DNA of 64,000 nucleotides from the human T2T-CHM13v2.0 reference genome, Homo sapiens, in the NCBI RefSeq assembly GCF_009914755.1, contig NC_060939.1; one strand, given 5' to 3'. Position numbers and translations under genes: made by a program. The notes below the pieces were generated by a model. It was given only the letters and a program-made list of their open reading frames with translations, searched no databases and was not told the origin of the DNA. Below are positions 47,975 through 63,228 of this stretch, piece after piece (the stretch's first letter is position 1; each line of letters starts with the position of its first letter).

Positions 47975-48525
47975 TATGAAAAAACCTAGACTTTCAATTT
48001 GTAAATCTAGGATCATGTCATTCCTCTGTTTAAAATCTTCAAGTATTGTTAGATTTGGAATAAAATCCAAATTTCTCATTATGGCCTACAAGTCTGCATA
48101 ATTAGGCCTTTGCCAGCCTTTCCCCCTTGGTCATGATTCTCCAGCCACACCTTCTTTCAATACAGGAAAAACATGCTAAACTCTTCCCTGCCTCAGAGCT
48201 TTGATGCTACATTCCTTTCCCTCTGCCATATATGGCTTCTCCTCCTACTCTCTTCTTTGAGGTCTCAGCATAAACTACACGTTTTCAGAAAGCCCTGGCC
48301 ACCCTATCTAAAATAGGGGACCTATTTTAGGTCCCCCTGCTCCCATTCAATTCCTTCACACCCTTTCACAATTTATTATTTACGTGATTACTGTGTGCTA
48401 CCCCCACTCTCTGTTGTACTATAATTTATGTGAAGGCAGGAATGGAGTTGCTCACCGCTGTATACCTAGTCTGGTGTCTGGAATAGACTAGGTGATCAGG
48501 AAATAAAAGAACTGAATAAATAAAC
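47975..48525 (+). mobile_element. L2 3' relic
   Basis: gatcatgtcattcctctgtttaaaatcttc...ggaataaaatccaaa...gctcaccgctgtatacctag...gaataaataaa. Confidence 0.7.
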
Positions 48526-48577
48526 AGCCAAAGCACATTCTTTGAAGCAGAATGACAAGTAAAAATATATCTTTTTA

Positions 48578-49055
48578 CAGTCATGTCACATAGTAATGTT
48601 TGGTCAGTGACAGACCACATATACGAAGCCTTGACGTGTGGTAGGCTGTACCACCTACATTTGTGTAAGTATACTCTATGTTGTTTGTACAATGACAAAA
48701 TTGCCTAATGATGCATTTCTTTTTTTTTTGAGATGGAGTCTCGCTCTGTCACCCAGGCTGGAGTGCAGTGGCACGATTTTGGCTCACTGTAAGCTCCGCC
48801 TCCTGGGTTCATGCCATTCTCCCACCTCAGCCTCATGAGTAGCTGGGACTACAGGCGCCCGCCACCATGCCCAGCTAATTTTGCTTTTACATTGTTAGTA
48901 GAGATGGGGTTTCACCATGTTAGTCATGATGGTCTCGATCTCCTGACCTTGTGATCCGCCTGCCTCAGCCTCCCAAACTGCTGAGATTACAGGTGTGAGC
49001 CACCGCGCCCAGCCATGATGCATTTCTTAGAACCCCATAGTTAAGTTACATGTGA
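48578..49055 (-). mobile_element. Tigger3-type relic interrupted by an AluY-like element (48720-49014)
   Basis: gtaggctgtaccacctacatttgtgtaagtatactctatg...gcctaatgatgcatttct; Alu TSD atgatgcatttctt. Confidence 0.8.
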
Positions 49056-49432
49056 TGCATTTACACATATAGTACATAGACATAGTCTTGAATTATATTG
49101 TGTTTCCTACATTTCTCAATTCTTTAGAGCTCGTCTGGAGGTTACTGTAGGAGGCAAAGCTACTCATATATCCTTAACTAAAGAACAGTCAGTCCTCCTC
49201 CAACTAAAAAGGTGGTATTTTCAGGGCCAAATCAGCCCTAAAGAGTCAATAGTCAGATTGCTCTAATATCTAAGGTTACCTGACTTCCCTCTGCTGTATT
49301 TTGTCCCTAAAGGCAGAGGCTCCATAGAATTTAGTATATTTCTATGTACCCAATAAACACATGGAAAATAATCTAAAAATGTTTAATGGATATGCATATA
49401 ACATTAATAACAATGAGAAGTTTCTTAGTAAC

Positions 49433-49591
49433 CTTTGAAGTATATGACTTTTTCCGTTTTGAGCCTGCTTTTTCATTCTTTCTTTTGCCTTTTCCATCTT
49501 CTTCTACTCTATCACCTTCTTCCTCACTGCTTGCATCTGCAGTATTTCCACCTTCTCCCTCAGTTTCTGAAGAGCTCTGTTGCTGAATTGC
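49433..49591 (-). CDS. HDGFL3: HDGFL3 exon 4 (159 nt; AIQQQSSSETEG...KRKNEKAGSKRKKSYTSK)
   Basis: tttcttag|, AAG|gttact; acidic tract followed by a basic NLS-like cluster. Confidence 0.96.
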
Positions 49592-49872
49592 CTAAGAAAT
49601 AATAAAATATTAGCTGATTACATTTTTGAAAAAATAGCAAAGAACAAACACTGAAAAGAACTACTCTGTTTTCATTTGAAAGGGTTCCGCTTACTCGGAA
49701 GATTTTCAAAAACAAAGGGCTGTCAAACTGAATTTTCCAATGGACACTTGATTTGAACCCTTCTGATTAAGAATTACATTTAATCCAAAATGCTACTGGA
49801 GTCAAAAAGAATTGTGACTTCAAGGTAACTATTAGTAGAAAGGACATATAAGAAAGATTTGAAAAAGCGTTA

Positions 49873-50115
<243 letters not shown>

Positions 50116-50490
50116 TTAAATATCAGTATCAGTGAAGATGTCAGAGCATACTATAGCAAACAAATCTAAAGTACATATAAACCCTTCAAGTTAGGCACAT
50201 ATTACGAGGTGTTTCAGACACATACTTCAAGGCAGAAAAAATGGATAGCTGAGCATACAAGCCAGCCACCTGGATTGTGCTACTTTGATTTTACTTTTAA
50301 ATTATCAATATCTTCATTTAAAAACTGATTTTTAGTTACATAAGTAGAATTAAATATGTCTACTTTGGCCACTTAAATCATCATCTTAAACTAAGATTTA
50401 TCTATGTTAATCTTACCACAGGTAAGGGTTTTGTGAAATTCACAGTAAAAATATAAATGCTAGAATAAAAAAAAGATTTTAACTCTCTAT

Positions 50491-51174
<684 letters not shown>

Positions 51175-51394
51175 TAAAAAATCATTTTAGTGTTTAATGA
51201 GGCACTAAGAAAAAAATTAGAAGTGACAAAGCAGATAGACTTTTATCCAATTTAAACCACATCCTAAATTAATCACAACCAAGAAAAAAAAAGAAGTTAG
51301 AACAAATTCTGAGCCTGGCTAATAGATCAGAGTCTTTAGCATTAGGCCACAGTTCTGGCTGACACCCCTAGAGCTTACTTCTCAAACTGAGATT

Positions 51395-52760
<1,366 letters not shown>

Positions 52761-53230
52761 AACAGTTTACTATTGATCTCTGTAAATTCCATTTTCTGCC
52801 TGGGTCTCAGGGTTGATCCCTCGCATTGTGCAGCTGATCAAAAACTTCAAGTTCATTAAAACTCCTGGGTAAGCTTTCTGACCCCAGAGCGGTTTAAGAA
52901 GCACCAAACTTTTAAGAAGCACCAACCTTTTCCTTATTGTTCACCTTTAATTGCTCAGTCAGCATGATTCTACCTCATTGAATCCAGAAATAATTTATTA
53001 CATTACTGGACATCTTAATAAAAAAAAGTCAAAGTCTTGCTTGATAAACTGAACACAATAAATGGACTTTGTGTATGGCAACTTCACTTTTAGAAGAATT
53101 TGTCGTGAATTATTAGACTCTAGCTTTTGACCTTCCCCAGTCTTTGACTCTATGCTTAAGAAATAACTGTGGGCTAAGCTGCCTGGTATTCACATCAGCT
53201 ACTTGATGCTAATCAGGGCTTGCCTATACT

Positions 53231-53478
53231 TATTTTTTTGGGCAGGGGAGAAAGGGTCTCTCACTGTAGCTTTGGCTTCCAGGCTCAAGTGATCCTCCCA
53301 CCTCAGCCTCCTGAGTAGCTAGGACTACAGCCACCATGCCTGGCTAATGTTATTTTTTTGTAGAGACGGGATCTCACTATATTGCCCAGGCTAGTCTCGA
53401 ACTCCTGAGCTAAAGTGATCCTCCAGCCTTGGCCTCCCAAAGTGCTGGTATTACAGGCATGAACCACTGCACTCAGCT
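53231..53478 (-). mobile_element. Alu (AluJ-like, internally deleted)
   Basis: TSD tgcctatact. Confidence 0.9.
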
Positions 53479-54934
53479 GCCTATACTGTAATAATGCCAG
53501 AAGAGTCAGGGCTAATGGTCATTATTTTTTGATGAAAGAGTTAACAATTTTTGCCCTCTTTATTTTTATCTTGTCCCACTTTTGGATGTATGAGATGGAC
53601 GTCTTCCTGCTACAGGAAGCATTCTTTTATGAATAAATGATACATTTTTACTAGCATTCCGCAGGAATGACTTTAACTGACAACTGGCCATGTTAGCTAC
53701 TGCCGGCAAGAGGGAGCCTGAATGAACTGTTCTAAAACAAGTTGTAATTTTTTGATAAACAACCCTGTTTTTTTCTGGATTATAGATAATTGTGTAAATC
53801 AAATCCCCTCTCAATTGGTTAATTGCTATATGTTTTAAAATTTTTTAAGCATAGAAAAGAAAATACATTTTTTCAAAGCTAAATGCACTGAGGATGATAT
53901 ATTTTTCCATGTTAAGGGTTCCTTGAAAATTGTCTAGACTAAAACTACTGGGTTTATGTTAGAAGCAGAAGAACTTGAGGCTCCAGTCACCTACATCAGA
54001 ATTAGAACAGATTCAAAGTCATGTTCTGAGGAAAATTCTGGTCGTGCCTAGGGTACTCCTTTAGCTGAACCAAACGTAGCCTTCTTGTTAAGCTCACCTC
54101 ACTTTTCACATACCTCCCCTGCATCATTTAACTAATTTTAATTTAATTGATAGCTATTTTTTAAACACCTACCATGGGCCAGGCACTGTGTTAAGCACTG
54201 TGTAAGTAGAGTAAGAAACACTGACATAATTTCTGCCTTCAGAGAGGGTGAACATTCATACTTGCCAGGGCAAGTATAATCTCAGGTTCAGGGACACCCA
54301 ATACTTAGTAACTAAGTTCAGTAGAATCAATGTTATGACAGGTTTTTTGAAGTTAATTCTCCCCCAGGTATTTTTAAATCTGCCTCTGGATGATCAAACC
54401 AGCAAAAAAATCACATATAGACTACTGTACAACCAGATCATTTGGAGATGGGTTCTAAAAAAATCAAACCAATGGTACAAAAATAAAATGGGGGCGGGAA
54501 TAAGGAAAATGCAAAAATATGCATCATAAAGCCCTATACATTTATTATAGGTAAAACTTATTTCTAAGCTTTCTAGCAACCTCTCTTAAGGAGGAAAACA
54601 TGATCAGTTGCATAGTCCATAATGTCTATTACATAAAAATAATACAAAAGTAAATAAAACTTCCTGAGAGAAATTACAATTATTTCTCTCATGAAAAAAA
54701 GTCTGTCTTGAGAGGCTTCTCCTAACTCTCTTTCAAGACAAGAATGAGGAAGATGTTGGGTGGCAGAGACAACAAGCTAAGAAAGTTCATGCTAGGCTCT
54801 ACTAACGTTCAAATGAACATAAGTGATGACCCTGAATTTGAAGACTTAAAAATTTTGTGACAGTTTTTAGCTTTTCTCCACATTTCCAATTTGTTCCATT
54901 TGTTTTTTGTTGTAAATAACCATATCCGTTCCTA

Positions 54935-55552
54935 GTGTGTCAAAGATTGCCAACTATTCCACAGTATTCATGCTCTTCTTTTTTCCTATACTGAATATTC
55001 CTTCCAATTTTTAAAGCAGGATACAGAGTTGCCCAGCTAGAGACTGTTTCTCAGCTTCCCTTGTAGCTAGATGTGGCCACATCACCAAGTTCTTGTCACT
55101 GGAATGAATGCCAGTGTAAATGATGTACAGTAAGTCCACACTTAATGTCGATAGGTTTTTGGAAACTGTGACAACACTGAACAAAAAGAAGTTAGTTGAC
55201 AGCCTGCTGTCTGATGTTTCCTTTAAAGTCGCAGTTGCCAGGAACCTATCAACTTAAGTGAAGATCTACTGTATGTAACTTCCTGTCATTTCCTTACAAG
55301 GAACTACTTGTTCTTCACCTCTTCTCTTTCCTCCTTCCCACTGCCTGCAAGATGCACATGTGCTGCTGAGCCAGTTTTTTTGTTTTAGCGGTTAATGACA
55401 GGACAAGAAACAGAAGCAGCTCCGGTCCCTAGGGCAAAGTAGTCTACCCACCCCAATCTACCTGCCTACCTCTGAATTATTTCAAAAGAAAGAAATAAAC
55501 TTCTATATTATTTGAGACATTGTATTTTTAGGTTCCTTTATTACATCAGTGT
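54935..55552 (+). mobile_element. MLT1-type LTR relic with a MER6-like Tigger MITE inserted at 55128-55271
   Basis: gcttcccttgtagctagatgtggccac...agaaataaacttctat; insert has cagta...tactg ends and TA duplication. Confidence 0.65.
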
Positions 55553-56016
55553 AGTCAGTACACCAACAAATACAGTTAGAAAACCTAAAAAAGGTGGTAT
55601 ATTTCCTTGAGGGCCCAACAAGGTGAAAGAGCCAGAGAGAACATAACTTTGTTCTGTGAAATATGAATGGAAAAAACTTCTCTGGAAGGGAAATATATAA
55701 GAGCAATAGAAGAAATTACTGGGAGTGGTACAGAAACCACTCTAGGACTTAAAAGTGTCCTAGAGGAGACTTGTGGGTGATGACCAACATTTAAGCAGAA
55801 ACACAAATGACATTCAAAAGCAAAGATACGCTTTTAGTCATAAAGACTTCTATCATGAAAACTATTTACATTAACAAAAATACATTATTAACTTTGGCAA
55901 TTTTATATAACTGATTATAATGATTTTAATAAGACGTAAGATGTCAGAGATCATCCATAACAAGGTAGCATAGCAGAGTCAAGCTAGAGCTGTTGAAACT
56001 ATTTTTGCTAACTTAC

Positions 56017-56093
56017 GTTTCATGGGTGCCAAAAAAGAAGATAGGATACTTGTTTGCTGGAGGCTTCACAGCGCCCTCTGGGAGTTCATCAAT
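56017..56093 (-). CDS. HDGFL3: HDGFL3 exon 2 (77 nt; IDELPEGAVKPPANKYPIFFFGTHE)
   Basis: Minus strand ttcatag|ATT...AC|gtaagt; FFFGTHE is the HDGF-family PWWP motif. Confidence 0.97.
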
Positions 56094-57644
56094 CTATGAA
56101 AGATACATTTAGTTACTGAGTGAGTGGTTATCATAAATACAATGTGAGCATTGTTCTGATAATTTACTGCTAATTTCAAAATAAAATCAATCAAAACTCA
56201 GATAGTTTTTTAGAACTTTACAAAATGATTCTAAAGTTCCTATTTGGCCCACCACATGGAAGTCAACTCTAGGAATGGATTACAACCATTATAATAATTT
56301 ATAAGCAGGAGCCAAAACTACTCATTTCCTTTGACTCAACAGAATTATTCCGGGGAATCTGTCCTAGTGAAAAATTAGAGTAACCAAAAAAAAAAAAAAA
56401 AAAAAAAAAAAGAATACAAAAAGATGTACTTCTTTTGAGTAACAGTGAATACATATACATCCCTAGAAACATAAATAATGCATAACAGAATTATAAAAAC
56501 TTAACTTGATGAACTATTATGCAGTCATTAAAAGACATCATCTCTTGCCTGGACTACTACAAGTCTCTCCTCCCATCCATTTAAAGTAGAATTCCCTTTG
56601 AAAATGCACATCTGATTATGTCACTTCCTTACTTCAAATCTGTCTATAGCTTCTCATTGCTTACAGCATTCCTAGCTGTACATCTGACTCACTTATGGAG
56701 CTTTAAAAAAATAAAGATATTTCAGCCCTTCCTTCCTCAGATCTACCAATTCTTATTTATAGCTGAAGTTGAGAATCTCTAATAGGATAAAGTCAAAATT
56801 CCTTAGAATACTATATAATTACACATACATTATTCCTTAGAATGTCTCAAGAAAGGTTTTGACCAGTCTAAACTCCTGTCACTTTTCTCTCCTCATGCCA
56901 TGATTCGGCAGTGTGAAACTGCATGGAGTTGTTTATAAGCATGCTATTTTATTTCATGTAGCCTTCTCTGATGGTTGAACTTCTCATCTTTCAGACATAC
57001 AATGTTCAATTACAAAAGTGAGTATTTACAAGAAGAAAATAAACCACAACAAAACTGCCAGAACTTTTCTTCTGAGACGGCATCAGGCAAGTTCCCAGAA
57101 ATGCTTACATAGAAATGCTTTCTGGTTATACGCCAGCTTCCCCTCTCTACCTCAAACATGACAACTCCCAGCATTCACAGGTGTCTAGCAAGTGGTGAAC
57201 CCTGAAATTTACGTTTCATTAGCTTCATTGTAAATCCACCTCTGTATGTCACTCTCTCAAAGCAAGATCTATGTACAAGTCTTGGGTACAACTCTGTCAC
57301 TTATTGGCTGTGTGATCTTGGGCCAGTCACTCAACTGCAGTTTCTTTATCTCTTCACATATAACTACAGACACTCAGCATACAGAGTTGCTGTGAGCAAA
57401 TGAATGGTAGTTTAGAATCTCTAGCACATACCAGTTGCTTAATAAATGCCAGGTAGTTGTTAACTGTTATTATTAGCTATCAGAGCCCCTAGAGAAAGAG
57501 CAGCTCTCCCCATGTGGCTTACAAAACCCTCCACTACCCACCTCTTATCAACTGACTTCTCTGAATTTCCCCCATTGTTCCTGTCTGCCCTGTAAAGCCA
57601 CATGACATGGCTGTGTGCAGACACATTTTAAAAATCACTTCTTT

Positions 57645-57930
<286 letters not shown>

Positions 57931-58587
57931 TTATAAAAAATGAACAGTCTTTGAGAAATACAGAATTATATAAAATGACCAAAACAAAGAATTACTGACA
58001 TTTCTAAGAGAGAAGAAGAAAAAGGAAACAACCAGGAAAATATATTTGAGGAAATAATTCAAGAAAATTTCCCAAATCTTAGTAAAGAAATAGACATCCA
58101 GATGCAAGAAATCCAGAGAATACTGGTAAAATACTATACAAAATGAACATCACCAAGGCATATAGTCACTAGACTGTCCAACATCAACTCTAAAGAAAAA
58201 AATATTGAAGGCAGCTAGAGAAAAAGGGCAGATTATGTAAAAAGGGAATCCCAGCAGGCTAACAGCAGATGTCTCAGCAGAAACCTTACAAGCCAGGAGA
58301 GACTGGTGGCCTATTTCCAGCATTCTAAAAAGAAAATAAATTCCAAACAAAAATTTCATATCCTGCCAAACTAAATTTCATGAGCAGAAATAAAGGAGAA
58401 ATAAAATATTTTCCAGACAAGCAAGTGCTAAAGGAATTCGTTACTACTAGACCAGCCTTAGAAGAGATCCTTAAGGAAGTTCTAAATACGGAAACAAAAG
58501 AATAATACCTGTTATCAAAAAAACACACTTGGGTACAGAGCCTGCAGACCCTATAAAGTAACCACACAATAGAAAGTACAAAACAAC

Positions 58588-58997
58588 TGTATTAGTCTGT
58601 TCCTACATTGCTATAAAGAAGAACCCGAGACAGGGTAATTTATAAAGAAGAGAGGTTTAACTGGCTCATGGTTCTGCAGGCTGTACAGCAAGCATGGCTT
58701 CAGGGGACCTCAGGAAACTTACAATGCCTCAGGAAACTTACAATCATGGTGGAAGGTGAAGAGGAAGGAGGCACATCTTACATGTCCAGAGCAGGAGGAA
58801 GAGAGAAAAGGGGGAAGGTGCTACACACTTTTAAAGAAGATCTCATGAAAACTCACTCACTATCACAAGAACAGCAAAGAGGAAATCTAACCCCATGATC
58901 CAATCACCTCCCACCAGGCTCCTCCTCCAACACTGGGATTATAATTTGACATGAGACAAATCAACATATGGGCAGGGACACAAATCAAACCATATCA
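58588..58997 (-). mobile_element. MST/THE1-type MaLR solo LTR inserted in the L1 inter-ORF region
   Basis: tgtattagtctgttc...aaaccatatca ends; 5 bp flanks acaac/gcaac. Confidence 0.9.
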
Positions 58998-59290
58998 GCA
59001 ACCAACAACTTCATGACAGAATCAAAACCTTGCATATCAATAGCAACATTGAATGTAAATGGTCTAAATGACCCACTTAAAAGGCACAGAGTGGCAGCTT
59101 GGATAAGAAAACAAGACTTATCTGTCACCTGTCTTCCAGAGACCCATCTTAGATGTAACGACACCCATAAGCTCGAACTAAAGGTTTGGAAAAAGATCTA
59201 CCATGTGAATGGAAAACATAAAAGAGCAGGAGTTGCTGTACTTAGATAAAACAGACTTTACGTCAACAACAGTAAAAAAAGGACAAAGAA

Positions 59291-59594
59291 GGCTGAGCGT
59301 GGTGGCTCACCCCTATAATCTCAACACTTTGGGAAGCCGAGGCAGGGGGATCACCCGAGGTCAGGAGATCGAAGCCAGCCTGGCCAAGATGGTGAAACCC
59401 TGTCTCTACTAAAAATCCAAAAAAATTAGCTGGGCGTGGTGGCGGATGCCTGTAATCCCAGCTACCTGGAAGGCTGAGGCAGGAGAATTGCTTGAGCCCA
59501 GGAGGCGGAGATTGCAGTCAGCCAAGACTGCACCACTGCACCTCCAGGCCTGGGTGGCAAAGTGAGACTCCATCTCAAGAAAAAAAAAAAAAAA
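59291..59594 (+). mobile_element. Alu in L1 ORF2
   Basis: TSD aaaaaag(g/t)acaaagaa. Confidence 0.94.
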
Positions 59595-61338
59595 GTACAA
59601 AGAAGGGCAGTACATCATGAAGAATTCAACTCAACGAGAAGGTTTAACCATTCGAAATATGTACATGCCCAACATTGGAGCACCCAGATTCGTAAAATAA
59701 GTACTTCCAGACCAATGAAAAGACAGCCACACAATAATAGTGGGAAACTTCAACATCCCACTGACAGCATGACAGCATTAGATAGATCATCAAGGTAGAA
59801 AACTAACAAAGAAATTCTGGATTTAAACTCAACACTTGGACCTAATAGACAACCACAGAATATTCATCCTTCTCATCTGCACACAGAACATACTCCAAGA
59901 TAGACCACATGCTTGGCCATAAAGCAAGTCTCAATAAACTAAAAAATAAAAGACAAAAAATCATATCAACTATACTCTCAGGCCACAGTGGAATAAAAAC
60001 AGAAATCAATACCAAGAAGATCTCTCAAAATCACAAATTACATGGAAATTAAACAAATTGCTCCTGAATGACTTTTAGGTAAACAATGAAATCAAGGCAG
60101 AAATAAAATAATTCTTTGAAATAAATAAAAACAGAGATGTAACATACCAAAATCTCAGGGATACAGCAAAAGCAGTGTTAAGAGGAAAGTTCACAGTGCT
60201 AAACACCAACCTTAAAATACTAGAAAGATCTCAAAATAATGATCTAACATCTTCCCCGGAGGAACTAGAAAAACAAGAACAAACTAACCCCAAAGCTGAA
60301 AGAAGAAAAGAAATACCAAAATCAAGAGTGGAATTGAACGAAATTGGACCCAAAAATCCATGCAAGGATCAATGAAACCAAAAGCTGGTTCTTTGAAAGG
60401 ATAAACAAGATCCATAGATCGTTAATAAAATTAACAAAGAAAAGAGAAGATCCAAATAAGCACAATCGGAAGTGACTAAGGTGACATTATAACCAATTCC
60501 ACAGAAATGCAAAAGATCCTCAGACTATTATGAACACCTCTATGCACACAAACAAGAAAATCTAGAAGAAACACGTACATTCCTGGAAAGATTCAATCAG
60601 GAAGAAATTGAAACACGGAACAGACCAATATTGAATCCTTAGGTTGAATCAGTAATAAAAACCTACCCCAAAAAAGTCTCAGCCTAGATGGATTCACAGC
60701 CAAATTCTACCAGAGGTACAAAGAAGAACTGTACCAATTCTATTGAAACTATCACAGAAATTGAGGAGGGATGCCTCTTCCACTCATTGTACAAAGCCAG
60801 CATCATCCTAATACCAAAACCTGGCAAAGACACAACAAAAGGAAAAAACTACAGGCCAATATCCCTGATGAAAGCAGATGCAAAATCCTCAACAAAATAC
60901 TAGCAAACTGAATTCAACAGCACATCAAAAAGTTAATTCACCATGATCAAGCAGGTTTCATTTCTAGGATGCAAAGTTGGTTCAACATATAAAAATCAAT
61001 AAATGTGATTCACCACATAAACAGAATTAAAAACAAAAGCCACATGATCAACTCAAAAGACTCAGAAAGAGCTTTTGATAAAATCCCTTCATGATCAAAA
61101 CCCTCAAGAAACTAGGTATTGAAGGAACATATCTCAAAATAAGAGCCATATATGATAAACCCACAGCCAATATCATACCAAACAGGCAAAAACTGGAAGC
61201 ATGCCCCTCGAGAATTGAAACAAGACAAGGATGTCTACCTTCACCACTCCTATTCAACATAGTACTGGAATGCCAGTCAGAACAATCAGGCAAGAGAAAG
61301 AATTTCAAGAAATAAGGCAAATAAGAAAAGAAGAAGTC

Positions 61339-61433
61339 GCAGGAGAATGGCGTGAACCCGGGAGGCAGAGCTTGCAGTGAGCCGAGATCGCGCCACTGCA
61401 CTCCAGCCTGGGCGACAGAGCGAGACTCCGTCT

Positions 61434-61473
<40 letters not shown>
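61339..61473 (+). mobile_element. 5'-truncated young AluY
   Basis: 96 bp body, A32 tail, perfect 16 bp TSD aagaaaagaagaagtc (61323-61338, 61474-61489). Confidence 0.95.
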
Positions 61474-61480
<7 letters not shown>

Positions 61481-61538
61481 GAAGAAGTCAAAATTATCTC
61501 TCTTCGCTGATGATAGAGTCTGTATCTTAAAAACCCTA

Positions 61539-61835
61539 GGCCAGGCACGGTGGCTCACGCCTGTAATCCCAGCACTTTGGGAGGCCGAGGCGGGAGGGTA
61601 ACTTGAGGTCAGGAGTTCGAGACCAGTCTGGCCAACATGCTAAACCCCGTCTCTACTAAAAATACCAAAATTAGCTGGGAGTGGTGGCTCGTGCCTGTAA
61701 TCCCAGCTACTTGGGAGGCTGAGACACGAGAATCACTTGAACCCAGGAGGCAAGGTTGCAGTAAGCCGAGATTGCATCACTGTACTCCAGCCTGGGCGAC
61801 AGAGCAAGAGTCCATCTCAAAACAAACAAACAAAA
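61539..61835 (+). mobile_element. Alu (AluS-like) in L1 ORF2
   Basis: Full sense dimer, (CAAA)n tail; flanks aaaa(a/t)cccta. Confidence 0.94.
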
Positions 61836-63073
61836 ATCCCTAAAGACTTTGTCAAAAGGCTCCTGGTAACTGACAAATGACTTCAGTAAAGTTTCTGGAT
61901 ACAAAATCAATGTACAAAAATCAGTAGCACTTCTATATACCAATAACATCCAAGCTGAGAGCCAAATCAAGAATGCAATCCAGTTTACAATAGCCGCACA
62001 AAAAATAAAACACCTAGGAGTACATCTAACCAAGGAGGTGAAAGATCTCTACAAGGAGAACTACAAACACTGCTAAAAGAAATCACCGATGACACAAACA
62101 AATGGGAAAACATTCCATGTTCCTGCACTGGAATAATCAGTATTGTTCAAATGTCCAGACTACCCAAAGCACTAAAGATTCAATGCTGTTCCTATCAAAC
62201 TACCAAGATCATTTTTCACAGAACTAGAAAAAACTACTCTAAAATTCATATGGAACCAAAAAGGAACCTGAATAACCAAAGCAATCCTAAGCAAAAAGAA
62301 CAAAGCCACGGGCATCACATTACCTGACTTCAAACTATACTGTAAGGCCACATTAACCAAAACAGCATGGTACTGGTACAAAAACAGACACATAGACCAA
62401 TAGAATAGAAAAGAGAACCCAGAAATAAAGCCATATACCTACAGCCATCTGATCTTTGACAAAGTGGACAAAAATAAGCAATGGAGAAAGAACTCCCTAT
62501 TTGATACATGGTGCTGGGATAGCTGGCTACCCAAATGCAGAAGAATGAAACTGGACCTGTAACTTTCACCACATAAGAAAACCTAACTCAAGACGAATTA
62601 AAGTTCTAAATGTAAGACCTCAAACTATAAGAATCGTAGAAGGAAACCTAAGAAACACCATTTTGGACACAGGCCTTGGGAAAGAATTTATGACTAAGTC
62701 CTTAAAAGCATTTGCAGCACAAACAAAAACTGACCAGTGAACCTAATTAAACTAAAGAGCTTCTGCACAGCAAAAGAAACTATCAACAGAGCAAACTGAC
62801 AACCTACATTGAATGGGAGAATATATCTGCAAACTATGCATCCAACAAAGGTGTAATATCCAGAATCTATAAGGAATTTAAAGAATTCAACAAGCAAAAA
62901 AAAAAAAAAACAAATAATCTCATTAAAAAATGGGCAAAATATATGAAGAAACACTTCTCAAAAGAAGACATACAAGCCAAGAAACACGAAAAAACTTGTC
63001 ATTAATCATCAGAGAAATGCAAATCAAAACCACAATGAGATACTATCTCACACCAGTCATAATGGCTACTATT

Positions 63074-63228
63074 TTCTTTTTATTATACTTTAAGTTCTAG
63101 GGTACATGTGCACAACGTGCAGGTTTGTTACATATGTATACATGTGCCATGTTGGTGTGCTGTGCCCATTAACTTGTCATTTACATTAGGTCTATCTCCT
63201 ACTGCTATCCCTCCCCCCTCCCCCCACC
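63074..63228 (-). mobile_element. Short young-primate L1PA 3' end, inverted inside the older L1
   Basis: ttattatactttaagttctagggtacatgtgcacaacgtgcagg...; perfect 17 bp TSD tcataatggctactatt. Confidence 0.95.
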
